64,000 nt of DNA from Octopus sinensis (taxonomy: Eukaryota). The stretch lies in the NCBI RefSeq assembly GCF_006345805.1, contig NC_043016.1, positions 7,440,001 through 7,504,000 on the forward strand, in the 5' to 3' direction. Below the pieces are notes generated by a model. It worked only from the letters and a program-made list of their open reading frames with translations, ran no database searches and was not told where the DNA came from. Of this stretch, positions 1 to 11,851 are shown piece by piece; the stretch's first letter is position 1; every line of letters begins with the position of its first letter. The position numbers and the translations under genes are program-made.

Positions 1-185
1 GGTTTACACTTTTCCAAGATTTTTCACTTAATAATTTTGTACGCTGCAACACTTTTCTTTAATGACCATACATATTTGTCCAGGGCTGTAACCTTGCACC
101 TCTCCTGTATATTGAAGGAAGATTCATGGTTGTTAAACTTGGCCCTAAAAGTTTTTTCTATTGCACTTGTTTGTTCCTTCTCGAG
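1..185 (-). mobile_element. Penelope-like element fragment, C-terminal half of GIY-YIG endonuclease (pseudogenised)
   Basis: Minus frame reads IEKTFRAKFNNHESSFNIQERCKVTALDKYVWSLKKSVAAYKIIK*KILEKCKP. This fits the PLE GIY-YIG pattern TFK.R.NNH.SSF...T.LSKYIW.LK.....IKWKIL, with TGG>TGA at the Trp. Interrupted by a SINE at 191. Confidence 0.75.
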
Positions 186-190
186 CCATG

Positions 191-470
191 CTTGGCTCAT
201 AAGGGCCGTTTCCCTGGTTTCTTTGGCATATAGGTTCCCCACCTGGATGGGACACCGGTCCGTTGCAGGTGAGCTGCAAGATGCAGGAGGAAAGAATGAG
301 AGAAAGTTGTGGTGAAAGAGTCAGCAGAAGTTTCGCCAATACCTTCTGCTGGAGCCACGTGGAGCTTAGGTGTTTTGCTCATAAACACACCCATCGCCTG
401 GTCTGAGATTCGAACCCACGGTCCCTCGACCGCGAGTATGCTGCTCTAACCACTAGGCCATGTACCTCCA
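191..470 (-). mobile_element. tRNA-derived SINE (body A, tail D)
   Basis: Minus strand begins TGGAGGTACATGGCCTAGTGGTTAGAGC...GGTTCGAATCTC (A/B boxes). A near-identical copy lies at 63258-63530. Confidence 0.8.
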
Positions 471-481
471 CAAAATAATAA

Positions 482-731
482 ATGCGCCCTTTTTTAAAGC
501 CTAGCCAGGCTCATGGGTCCGGTTTCCCGGTTTCAATGGCATATGTGTTCCCCAGCCAGACGGGACACCAGTCCATCGCAGCGTTACTCATTTTTGCCAG
601 CTGAGTGGAGGGTGCAACGTGAAATGAAGTGTTCTGCTCAAGAACACAACATGTCGCCTAGTCCAGGAATCAAAACCGCAATCTTATGATCATGATGCTG
701 ACACCCTAACTACTAAGCCACGCGCCTCCAC
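482..731 (-). mobile_element. tRNA-derived SINE (body B, tail related to D)
   Basis: tRNA-like head plus body GTGTTCTTGAGCAGAACACTTCATTTCAC, shared with 61542-61760. Tail GCGATGGACTGGTGTCCCGTC...ATGAGCC is shared with 191-470. Confidence 0.7.
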
Positions 732-1629
732 CCTTCTATTGCACTCACATACCTCCACGAATCTAGTCACCCAATGTGGGCTCTTTGACATTGTGTCTGC
801 CTCATACATGACAGCCTTCATGTTGCAGTGTGGCCTCTGCATTAGCATCTTGCTTTGGTCTCAAGTGTGAGTCTACCTATCAATAATACTAAGCTCACAA
901 TTAAAAGGCGCGCTTAAGGTATGACTCAAGAGTGTGGACATTAAAAGCAATAACAATGATGATGATACATACACAAATATATATTTACATATGCAACAGG
1001 CTTCTTTCAGTTTCTGTTTACCTCATGCATGCATAAAGCTATAATGGGAGAGACTTGCCCAAGATGTCAAGCAATGTGACTCAGTTGGGAAAAAATATCC
1101 CCACATACAGTTTCATAGTTGACTTCACTTGAATATGAAGATAACAATTACTACCATGCAAGGCAACAATTCCAACGTCTGTAGATGGAAATTCCATAAA
1201 TTTACACAAGATTGTATCTAACTGACAGTATCGCAAATGTTAAATGGAAGATGAAATTATGTAATAATATTCTGCTATTCGTATATCACAACATGCGATA
1301 TAAATGATATAAATAAGTTTCCTTAGTTGCAAATATCTGGTGGATGATTCATTTTTTTATCATTATATCAAAAACATATTCAGAAAAACTCCAAATCTTT
1401 TATCTTTGTATTTAGACAATATACATGTAAGTGTATGTATGTGTATGGGTGTGCATATATATATATGCACACTGCATTCTTTCATATATTTATATTTAAA
1501 AAAAAAATATATATATATGTATGTATGTATGTGTGTATGTATGTATGTATGTATGTATGCATGCATGTATGTATGTATATATACATACATATATATATGT
1601 ATGTATATATACATATATATATATGTATG

Positions 1630-1714
<85 letters not shown>

Positions 1715-1845
1715 GTGCATGTATGTATATATACATATATACCGGAGTAAACACATAAATGTGAAACAAAGTGGAAAAAAGAGTACTCAAATACCAATGG
1801 TAGAATAATATGCTTTATTTAAAGCAGTAGAACATTCAACAAAAC

Positions 1846-1883
1846 CTGTTACTCTGAGTTTCCCGTTGCCGTTCATCGGACAG
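1846..1883 (-). ncRNA. Minimal type I hammerhead-like motif, U4C core, in the left arm of a 67-bp inverted repeat
   Basis: Minus: CTGT-CCGATGA-ACGGCAACGG-GAAA-CTC-A-GAG-TA-ACAG. Stem I CTGT/ACAG; stem III ACTC/GAGT; GUA triplet. Inverted arms 1813-1879 and 1894-1960. Confidence 0.55.
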
Positions 1884-1960
1884 TTTTTTCTAGCCGATGA
1901 ACGGCAACAGGAAACTCAGAGTAACAGGTTTTGTTGAATTTTCTGCTGCTTTAAATAAAG

Positions 1961-1993
<33 letters not shown>

Positions 1994-2227
1994 TATATAT
2001 ACAACAGACAATAGACGTTGACTTTTTATACATGCTAGGCCACTGGTGGTGATATTTATAACGAGTATTCACCACCCTATATATATATATTAATTATATT
2101 TTTTAATAATTTTGTTACATTTTTAAATAATATAATTAATTATATGTATTGGCTTAAGTCTTTCATTGTTTGATTTGCCTAATAGTGGTTTTGTCTCTTA
2201 TTTAATATTATATATATATATATAACA

Positions 2228-2974
2228 TTAATTAAGGGTAGAAATTGATATTTATCAATTAAGACCAGTGGTCTAGCATATTAAAAAAGAATCCGAAGAT
2301 TAAAATATTTATATATACCAATTAAGACTGAACACAAAAGTGGACAGTCAACATGCTAGATATAGACGTCAAATCGCCATTCACCACAAAAGATTAGTTC
2401 TCAGATCAAACTCAACACAAACCATAGCAATAAACAAGTGAAAAATATACGAAATAAAATAATTACCCATGTACTAAATTAGTTTCAGCTGTTATTTTCC
2501 GCAAGGAAAACTGCAGCCATCATCAGCATGGTCCGTTATAAATTTAATTTGCTGGACTAGATGCAAACACGATACCGAAATATCGCGTGCATGGTTTCAG
2601 CCTATTACATTTGAATATATCTTTCAAATGCCTTTACTTTGGCGCGTTGGAACCCGAGAAAACTAGCCTGCAGCTAATAATTAGCAGCAGTTAATTTATC
2701 GGTTAGAGAACATATTTATTTATATAAAAATTAATTAAGGGTAGAAATTGATATTTATCATTTAAGACCAGTGGTCTAGCATATTAAAAAGATCCGAAGA
2801 TTAAAATATTTATATATACCAATTAGGACTGACACACGAAAAGTGGACAGTCAACATGCTAGATATAGACGTCAAATCGCCATTCACCACAAACATAATC
2901 TTTTGTGGTGAATGGCGATTTGACGTCTATATCTAGCATGTTGACTGTCCACTTTTCGTGTTCAGTCCTTAATT

Positions 2975-2980
<6 letters not shown>
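2228..2980. repeat. 163-bp direct repeats (2228-2390, 2731-2893; period 503) plus terminal palindrome (about 2815-2980); PLE pseudo-LTR-like cassette
   Basis: TTAATTAAGGGTAGAAATTG...CACCACAAA occurs twice. The second copy is followed directly by its own reverse complement. The cassette is bounded by (TA)n. Confidence 0.85.
2467..2531 (-). ncRNA. Type I hammerhead ribozyme with canonical core
   Basis: Minus: CCATG-CTGATGA-T-GGCTG-cag-TTTTCC-ttgc-GGAAAA-taa-CAGCT-GAAA-CTA-att-TAG-TA-CATGG. All three helices pair; GUA triplet; predicted cut between 2472 and 2471. Confidence 0.85.
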
Positions 2981-3018
<38 letters not shown>

Positions 3019-3119
3019 TAAAAACGGTAAGATAACAAAAGAAAGAAAGAGACCTCAATATTATGTAAATAGAGGAAATTTATCTATAAAATAATATGTT
3101 ACATTTACTCAATAGTCAA

Positions 3120-3180
3120 GATAAAACTCTGCGTTTCAGATGCCGAAGTGGAAATCCACAACACCATCTCTTCGGTTATC
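3120..3180 (-). ncRNA. Type I hammerhead-like motif, U4C core, within a cassette with 50-bp inverted arms
   Basis: Minus: GATAA-CCGAAGA-GATG...GTGGA-tt-TCCAC...CATC-T-GAAA-CGC-A-GAG-TT-TTATC. The opposite arm keeps the intact stem III, GAAACTCAGAGTT. Arms 3095-3144 and 3261-3310. Confidence 0.55.
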
Positions 3181-3311
3181 TGGCCATCTGAAAAACGCTG
3201 TGAAAAAATACCGTTATATAAAGGGAAATGACTGTGTTATAATTCTGCTCACGGACCCATGGCATCTGAAACTCAGAGTTTTATCTTAACTATTGAGTAA
3301 ATGTAACATAT

Positions 3312-3361
<50 letters not shown>

Positions 3362-3488
3362 GTATGTATGTATGTATTATGTATGTATGTATGTATGTAT
3401 GTATGTATGTATGTATGTATGTATGTATATGTATGTACGTATATACATATATATATGTGTGTGGTGTGTGTGTATATATATGTATGTA

Positions 3489-4312
3489 TTAGGTTGGCAA
3501 CTAAGTTCCTGCCGCTTTTCTAAATTTTGGAATTTATTGCGTTTTTAAATTTTGGAATCTATTTTTTCAAGAATTCTATTTTAAAATAATTTCGGAATCT
3601 ATTTTGTTTCTTTTCCTAGTTAATTTATGCTTATTTTCAGATCATTAAAATGAGTATTTTCAACGATTCTTTCTTTTTGCTTTTAATCAAGGTTCTAAGG
3701 CTGCAAAAGCTGCTTGCGATGTTTGTGCTGTGCATGGAGAGGGTACCATAGTCGAAAGAACCACTCTTGATTGGTATGCCAAGTTCAAAAATGGAAATTT
3801 TGATCTCAAAGATGCACTCTGTTCTGGCCCTCCAGTTGAGTTTGATAAAGAGCGATTAAACCAACTTTTGCACAAAAATTCTCATCAAACGGCAAGGGAA
3901 CTGGTAGAGAAAATGGAATGCTCCCACACTGCTATAGAGAAGCATCTTCACTCGATGGAAAAGGTTCAGAAGTATGGAGCATGGGTTCTGCATGCTTTAA
4001 GTGACAACAACAAAAATCAACGAGTCACAATCTTCGCTGGTTTGCTTGCTCGTCACCGCTCAACTCGTGGCCACAAGCAACAATTTCTTTACCAAATCGT
4101 TACTGGCAACAAAAAATGATGCCTGTACATCAATATGAAGCCATGTAAGGAATGGCTTAGCCCTGGTAAACAAGCTAGACCATGCGTGAAACAAGATTTT
4201 CATCCGTGCAAAACGATGTTATACGTATGCTGGGACTGGGAAGGGATATCCCTTATGAATTGCTTGAATAGAACCAAACAGTCAATGTGAAACTATATTC
4301 AACAGATGGAAC
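3489..4312 (+). mobile_element. Mariner transposon remnant, 3'-truncated, with broken transposase
   Basis: TA followed by TIR-like TTAGGTTGGCAACTAAGT. ORF 3730-4119 has the HTH region (DWYAKFKNGNFDLKD..SGPP), the WVPHEL-like WVLHAL and IVTGNKK (IVTGDEK-like). Downstream fragments read HPCKTML..WDWEG. Confidence 0.9.
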
Positions 4313-6075
4313 AACACATATATACATTGTGAGAGACAGGTGAATGAAGAGAGAGAGAAAGAGAGAGAGAGAGAGGGAGAGAGAGAGAGTGTGTGTGTGA
4401 AGTGCAGGCTAGGCTGTGTTTAAGCAGTTCACATCCCAAGAATACCGTTTTAGGTTCAGTCTCATTCTGTGGCACCTTGGGCAAGTATTTCCTGTGTTGC
4501 CTCAGGTTAATCAAAGCTTTATGAATGGATTTGATAAATGGGAAACTGAAATAAGCCCATCATACACTCACACACACACACATACATGTATGTGTGTGTG
4601 TGTGTGTGTGTTTGTGTGTGTGTGTACACAATGTGGATAAATTAGCATTATCTTTCATACAGCAATCTGAATACTGTGAAAGGTTAAAATCTTTATATCC
4701 ATCACAAACACACTGTGCTCTTAGGAGTTTCTTGGACTTCGTTATCCAGTCATGTTGTATTTGTTCAACATATATATGCATATATAGATACATATATAGA
4801 TATATATACATATCTATCTGTCCATTTATCTGTCTGTCTATCTAGCTTGCTAGCTAGCCGGGTAGATAGATAGATAGATAGATAGATACATACATACATA
4901 CATATATACATAGATAGATAGATAGATATCGATGCACAAATACACACACATACACTCACATTCACACACACACATACATACACACACGTACATACATTCA
5001 CACATCTGTGTACATGTAAATATATATATCTGTTTGTGTGTGTCAATATATGTATGTATACATACACACATTAGTATTGTCATATCTTTCCTCATTAAAG
5101 TGTTCAATGAAATGCTTTGTCATAATACAAATAACCCTGTAATTAGCCATTGATGTAATTTTCATCTAGACTTAATGAAGCAAGCGTCATTGCTTATCTG
5201 TTAATTCCATGCAGAGATTACAATGGCTTTGATGTTGTCTAATCCTAAGATTATTGTCTCCAACATTTCACAGCATGTTACATGTACACAATTGCTTGAC
5301 CTCCTAAAAATGGAAGCTAATTCTGCTTCAAATTCCATCCTATAAATTTAAACAAAATACAAATACAGCAGGATTGGATAATGAAGTCCAAGAAACTCCT
5401 ACAGATACAATGTTTTAGTGAGCACAGCATTCAGATTACTCTGTGAGACATAATACTAATTTATCCACATCGTTTTGGATTTAACATTCATTGTATCGTT
5501 CAGATTTTGATGGTGTGGTTGTTTATATTAAGAATGATATGGTAGGGTAGGTGTGAGAGCCTAGATCTGACTGGTTTTAACATAAAACAGGTAGAATATT
5601 TGAGTCGGATTTCAATGCGAGTAGCAAAGGACCACGTTTCGAACTTCACCCACTAATGGGATGAACACCGCTTCGCTCAACAAACAAACAAACAAACAAA
5701 CAAACAATCAGCAGTGTTAGTGTCACCATTGTTATGGTGGTGATCACCAATATAAAAATGAAATACATTTTATCAACCCTGGCAATGAAGAGAAGTAAAG
5801 TTATGGCACCAAGGGCAAATTTCAAGTTGGCAGCATAATTTAAGCACAGATGATAGAAATGGTTTTAGGGTTGTTTCCACAGCTCATCAGACAAGTGTCT
5901 TCTATCATGACTTTGAGATAGCCAGAGCCTTGTCAGTGAATTTTGGTATATGGAATCCATTAACTTGTTTAACACAATCGTAACCCTGGTACTTATTTCT
6001 AATAGCCTGCTACTTATTCTATTGGTCTCTTTTGCCAAACTACTAAATTACAGGGTCATAAACACAGCAGCACCA

Positions 6076-6480
6076 GGAGGCGCAATGGCCCAATGGTTAG
6101 GGCAGCAGACTCGCGGTCGGAGGATCACAGTTTCGATTCCCAGACTGGGTGTTGTGTGTGTTTATTGAGCGAAAACACCTAAAGTGCCACGAGGCTCTGG
6201 CAGGGGTGGTGGTGGCGACCCCTGTTGTACTCTTTCGCCCCCCAACTTTCTCTCACTCTTTCTTCCTGTTTCTTGTTCCCGACTTCCTACGCAACCGCTG
6301 AGCTTGGATGTGCATTCATCCATCTGTCGATGTTCTCGGTGTCGGGGGTTGACCTGCTTTCTCTCTTCTGTGGGTCTTACGAATAGCAAAGGACCACATT
6401 TCGGACTTCTCCCTCTACAGAGGCGCAAGCTTGCGAGATCTGGGACGGAGACCACTTCGCCCAACAGCAACAGCAGCACC
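6076..6480 (+). mobile_element. tRNA-derived SINE (body A, tail A)
   Basis: GGAGGCGCAATGGCCCAATGGTTAGGGC...GTTTCGATTCC head, body GAGCGAAAACACCTAA...ACTCTTTC, then a distinct tail ending CTTCGCCCAACAGCAACAGC. Confidence 0.75.
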
Positions 6481-6720
6481 AGTTGTCAAGCAGTGGTGGA
6501 AGCATAAGAACATGGATATTAAAAGTCGAAAGTTGTTGAAGGACTTGAAACCACACCCCTTGTGAACATAATAGACATTCTGCTATTGGACCAAAACATC
6601 CTTTGAATTTCTCTTTCTATTTTAGAAACTTTATTCTTATAAGTGAGAATTTGTATGTTGCTGGCATCACAAGAATTTTTCTATCCAACAGGGATTTTCA
6701 ACCCAATATTTACATGCTGT

Positions 6721-7025
6721 GGAGGCACAATAGCCCAGTGGTTAGGGCAGCAGACTCATGGTTGTAGGATTGAGGTTTCGATTCCCAGAACGGGCATTAT
6801 GAGTGTTTATTGAGTGAAAACACCTAAAAACTCCACAAGGCTCTGGCAGGGAATGGTGGCGATCCCTGCTGTACTCTTTCGCCACAACTTTCTCTCACTC
6901 TTTCTTCTGTTGACCTGCTCACTTAGCCAGCGGGGTGGCATCGTATGAAGGCTAAAACAATGCGAAGCGCATTGTGACCATGATGTGTAGCAGCATCTGA
7001 TAGCCTGGTCGGTCACGGTGATCAC
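6721..7025 (+). mobile_element. tRNA-derived SINE (body A, tail B)
   Basis: Same head and body as 6076; different tail (GACCTGCTCACTTAGCCAGC...GGTCACGGTGATCAC). Confidence 0.75.
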
Positions 7026-7346
7026 AGTGATTTACATGCTATTATTTATAGCTTTATGTGGCTGAGAGCCACTGCTCCAAAAGTGAATTATTTCCCATTG
7101 ACTCAACAGTTTATAAATTCTTAAGCCATCAACAATATGTAATGACATGTGTGTATATCTTTTCCCCAAAGTACACATCAACAAGAAAACCAATATATCA
7201 ATATAGCATGAATATTTTATGATATTTATTCTGCCCAAGTTTCTCAGACAGCTTCCCTTGTTATTCTCACTATCAGAAATGGAACCAGTGATTGACTTGT
7301 AGTCAATGATATAACTGTTTACTCAATACATGATATAAAATACCTA

Positions 7347-7921
7347 TTTCTTTACTACCCGCAAGGGGCTAAACACAGAGAGGACAAACAAGAGGACAGA
7401 CAGACGGATTAAGTCGATTATATCGACCCCAGTGCATAACTGGTACTTAATTTATTGACCCCGAAAGGATGAAAGGCAAAGTCGACCTCAGCTGAATTTG
7501 AACTCAGAACAAAGCGGCAGACGAAATACCTAAATGCAGAGAGGACAAACAAGGACAGACAAATGGATTAAGTTGAATATATCGACCCCTGTGCATAACT
7601 GGTACTTATTTAATCGACCCGAAAGGATGAAAGGCAAAGTTGACCTCGGCGGAATTTGAACTCAGAATGAAGCAGCAGACGAAATACCTATTTCTTTACT
7701 ACCCACAAGGGGCTAAACACAGAGAGGACAAACAAGGACAGACAGACGGATTAAGTCGATTATATTGACTCCAGTGTGTAACTGGTACTTAATTTATCGA
7801 CCCAGAAAGGATGAAAGGCAAAGTTGACCTCGGCGGAATTTGAACTCAGAATGTAACGGCAGACGAAATACGGTTATGCATTTTGCCTGGCGTGCTAATG
7901 TTTCTGCCAGCTCACCGCCTT
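7347..7921 (-). mobile_element. Three head-to-tail partial copies of an abundant SINE-like repeat
   Basis: The unit ...GACAAACAAGGACAGAC...GAAAGGATGAAAGGCAAAGTCGACCTC...GACGAAATAC occurs three times. Monomers are at 28665-28884, 37770-38005 and 46237-46470, with many fragments elsewhere. Confidence 0.8.
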
Positions 7922-8599
7922 CTTACATGATGTAAAATACCATTTAAGTATTAAATACTTTGAACCTAGATATAAAACACAGTGCTGGTGACTAGACATG
8001 AACTGGTAAGTTCTCAGCTGGTTGTCCAAGTACATTACCAACTCAGCTATCAGTGATCCCGGCTCCCAATCAATATAAGAATTCTTAAGATAAAAAGGAA
8101 TTTAAATTTATAAATTTTCATGAAATGAATTTGGAATTTTAAAAATTCAAATTTTTTTTTTTTAGCTTTCATTTTAGAAATTAGGAATTTGAAGAATAAA
8201 GAGAGAGGGGAAAGAGAGAGAGGAGAGAGAGAGAGGGTAAAATTAAATATGTTGCTTGGCTAATTATACAGAGCTATTTAACACGAAAGAACCAAGAGAA
8301 CTGTTGCCCTCATCTGCATATCCATTTCACCAAGCCAACATGTGTTAAACACATCTGCACCATTATATTTGGCACCATTTCAACTTTGCTAGTATACAGC
8401 AGACCATTTCTCTGAACAGATCCAGTATAGCAAGAATTAATGGCACAGAACAGTTGTGTACTGCTTGCATACATACATACATACATACAAGTGCATACAT
8501 ACATGCATACATATACACATACAGACATGTATGCATACATACATACAGATAGACATGTCTACATATATACAAACATACATAAACACATACATACATATG

Positions 8600-8641
<42 letters not shown>

Positions 8642-8928
8642 TACATACGTACATGTATATATATATATATATATAGTTTTATATATTCTTTTATTCATTT
8701 ACATGATTTTGTCATTTGACTGTGGCCATGCTGGAGCACCGCCTTAAAGGGTTTTAATTGAGGAAATCTACCCCAAAACTTATTCTTTGTAAGCCTAGTA
8801 CTTATTCTATCAGTCTCTTTTATCAACTGCTAAGTTATGGGGATGTAAACACACCAACATCAGTTAGTAAGTGATGATGGGATGGGGGGGAGGGGACAAA
8901 CAGACACACACATATAAATATATATACA

Positions 8929-8983
<55 letters not shown>

Positions 8984-8996
8984 TAGTTTGCAATAC

Positions 8997-10996
8997 TAAC
9001 TGGTTTGCAATACTAACTTCAGAAATGTGCCAGCCACCTAGTCACCTACCACTCTGGTAGACACACTAGTCAGATTGACTACATCCTCACCAGAAAAAGG
9101 GAAAGATGGCTGCTTATAAATGCCAAAACTTTCCCAGGTGAAGAATGTACCCCACAACATAGACTGGTAGTTAGTGACTTCAGGATCAGGGCTAAATGGA
9201 TGTCCAGAAGACGACCAGCAAGGAGAAGAAGGGTCTGGAGACTTACAGATCCTGCAAATGGACAGAGATTTAGAGACATATCACTCGAAGCCTTTGACGA
9301 CATGGAAGGAGATATAGCTTCATATGGTATAGAAGACAACTGGAGGTTCCTACGGTACAACCTGCTAAGGGCCACCGACCAGATCTGTGGATGGTGCAAA
9401 GTTCCCTCTTGACCCAAAATGATGTGGTGGTGTAACAATGTTGTTGATAAGGCCATTAGACAAAAGAAACAGGCTTGGAGGGATTGGAAGAACGGTGGTA
9501 GCAGAGAAGTGTATCAGACTACCAGAAGGGAAGCTAGGAAACAGGTTTATTTAGCCAGAGGGGAAGCAGATAAGAAAAAATTTGCCAATGTTCTGCGCCA
9601 TGAGGACCAAAGACTTGAGGTATTTCGTGTTGCAAGACAGTGTGTGAGAGAGAATCGTGATGTGGTAGGAGAGAAATGTGTTCACATGGATGATGGTTCA
9701 CTTGCACTTGCGCTAAATGAGGATGCAAAGAGAGAGGTTTAGAGATGCCATTATGAAAGGTTGCTGAATAAAGAAAATGAATGGGAGGGAAAGAGTCTGC
9801 TGAATGTCGGCCCAACAGAGGGACCACCTATCTGAGTTGACAGTACCTTGGTAGATAAGGCAATTAGAAGTATGAAGACAGGGAAAGCCCCAAAATATCT
9901 GGCAGTGTCAGCTATAGCCTAGTCACCCGTATAGTTAACCAGGTGATACACGAAGGAGTCATACCCAATGACTGGTGTAGTAGCATAGTAGTCAACTGCT
10001 ACAAAGGTAAAAGTGATGCTTTAGATACAAATAATTACAGAGGTATCAAGCTGTTGGATCAGGTAATGAAGGTTATGGAGAGGGTCATAGTCCAACTGAT
10101 TAGGGAGAGAGTCAGCTTGGATGAGATGCAGTTTGGTTTCGTGCCAGGGAAAAGCACCACTGATGCCATATTTCTGGTAAGGCAGCTGCAGGAAAAATAC
10201 CTAGCCAAAGATAAGCCCATGGAGAAAGCCTTTGACAGGGTTCCCCGATTCCTTATCTGGTGGTCAATGAGGAAACTAGGGATAGATGAATGGTTAGTGA
10301 GAGCTGTGCAAGACATGTACAGGGACACTGTAAGTAATGTGAGGGTTGGCAATGAGTACACTAAAGAATTCAGGGTAGAGGTAGGGGTGCGCCAAGGTTC
10401 AGTCCTCAGCCCCTTCCTATTTATCATAATCCTCCAGGTAATAACAGAGGAATTCAAGACAGGATGCCCCTGGGAGCTCCTCTATGCTGATGACCTTGCT
10501 CTAATTGCTGAGTTACTATCTGAACTAGAGAAGTTTCAAGTGTGGAAGCAAGGATTAGAATCAACCTAGCTAAAACTAAAGTCCTAATAAGTAGGAAGGC
10601 AGGCAAACCACAAATCCCTTCAGGTAGGTGGCCCTGCTCGATTTGTAGTAGAGGTATAGGTAGAAACTCTATAAGATGTACCCTGTGTAAGTTATGGACA
10701 CATAAGAGGTGCAGTAATATCAAAGGAAGGCTAACGGGAAAGATAGTTTTTTGTATGTGGCAGATGCTCAGGAGCAATAAACACTGAAAATGCGCAGAGA
10801 CCAACTTCCGCCACATTCCAGGGAGAAAAACTATAAGTAGTTGATAGCTTCCGTTACCTAGGTGACCAAGTCAGTAGCGGAGGAGGGTGTGCTGAAAGTG
10901 TAGCTGCTAGAATAAGAATAGCTTGGACAAAGTTCAGGGAGCTCTTACCTCTGCTGGTGACAAAGGGCCTCTTGCTCAGAGTAAAAGGTAGACTGT
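8997..10996 (+). mobile_element. RTE-clade LINE, truncated at both ends and frameshifted (APE C-terminus plus RT)
   Basis: IDYILTRK..QHRLVVSDF endonuclease end. RT motifs NYRGIKLL, QFGFVPG, EKAFDRVP, GVRQGSVLSP and LLYADDL (ORFs 9419-9742, 9943-10569). Confidence 0.92.
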
Positions 10997-11160
10997 CAAA
11001 GCCGACAGGAAGCATTGCTGCTTCCTAGGACTAAATAGCAGTAGTATTATTCCCTTGATGGGACTGTCACATTATGTTGACAGCATACAACTACTTTATC
11101 GTATCACTACTGCATAATTCTCTCTGAGAGATTTAGAAATGCATTATATATATATATATA

Positions 11161-11637
11161 TAATTTGAGGGAATATTATTTCTAACTTACAGGGAAAAAT
11201 TCAATTTAGAAATACTAAATCAAATTTCACAAAATATAATATATATAAAAATTATATCAATTCAAAATGAACAATTAAATTACATCATCTAGAAAATTAC
11301 ATATAATAGAAAATATATTCCTTTCTAGATGGTATAGGAACATCCTTCAAAGATGAATTCCAAAAGAGTGGTTCTATTTTACCTGTAAGTTCCATAACCG
11401 ACGATAATGAGAGTAATATCTCAGAAATTTAGTTATAAATATAATAGCATAATAATAATAATAATTTGAGGGAAATTATTCCTAACTTACAGGGAAAAAT
11501 TCAATTTAGAAATACTAAATCAAATTTCACAAAATATAATATATATATATAAAAATTAGAAAAAGACCACCATTCCTATACCATCTAGAAAGGAATATAT
11601 TTTCTATTATATGTAATTTTCTAGATGGTGTAATTTA

Positions 11638-11639
<2 letters not shown>
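11161..11639. repeat. Roughly 95-bp direct repeats (11161-11254, 11462-11557) plus 67-bp inverted repeats (11274-11340, 11573-11639) around a decayed HHR-like motif
   Basis: The repeats are directly readable. The central + strand reads CCGACGA-TAA-TGAGA-gtaata-TCTCA-GAAA at 11398-11427. Confidence 0.75.
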
Positions 11640-11700
<61 letters not shown>

Positions 11701-11765
11701 GTATATATATATGTATGTATGTATGTATTTATGTATGTATGTATGTATGTATATATGTATGTATG

Positions 11766-11799
<34 letters not shown>

Positions 11800-11851
11800 T
11801 GTATGTATGTATATGTATGACAGATTTCTTTCAACTTTTGCCATGAATATG

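Noticed and set aside
2293-2345. CCGAAGA...GAAAA inside the 163-bp direct repeat as another hammerhead
   Set aside because: Helices I-III cannot be closed around the core.
5868-5895. Minus-strand CTGATGA-GCTGTG-GAAA
   Set aside because: No helix II pairing and no helix III, NUH or helix I; a chance match.
9079-10816. Minus-strand ORFs over the RTE LINE (likewise 34405-34794 and 3687-3875)
   Set aside because: They are antisense shadows of transposon coding sequence.
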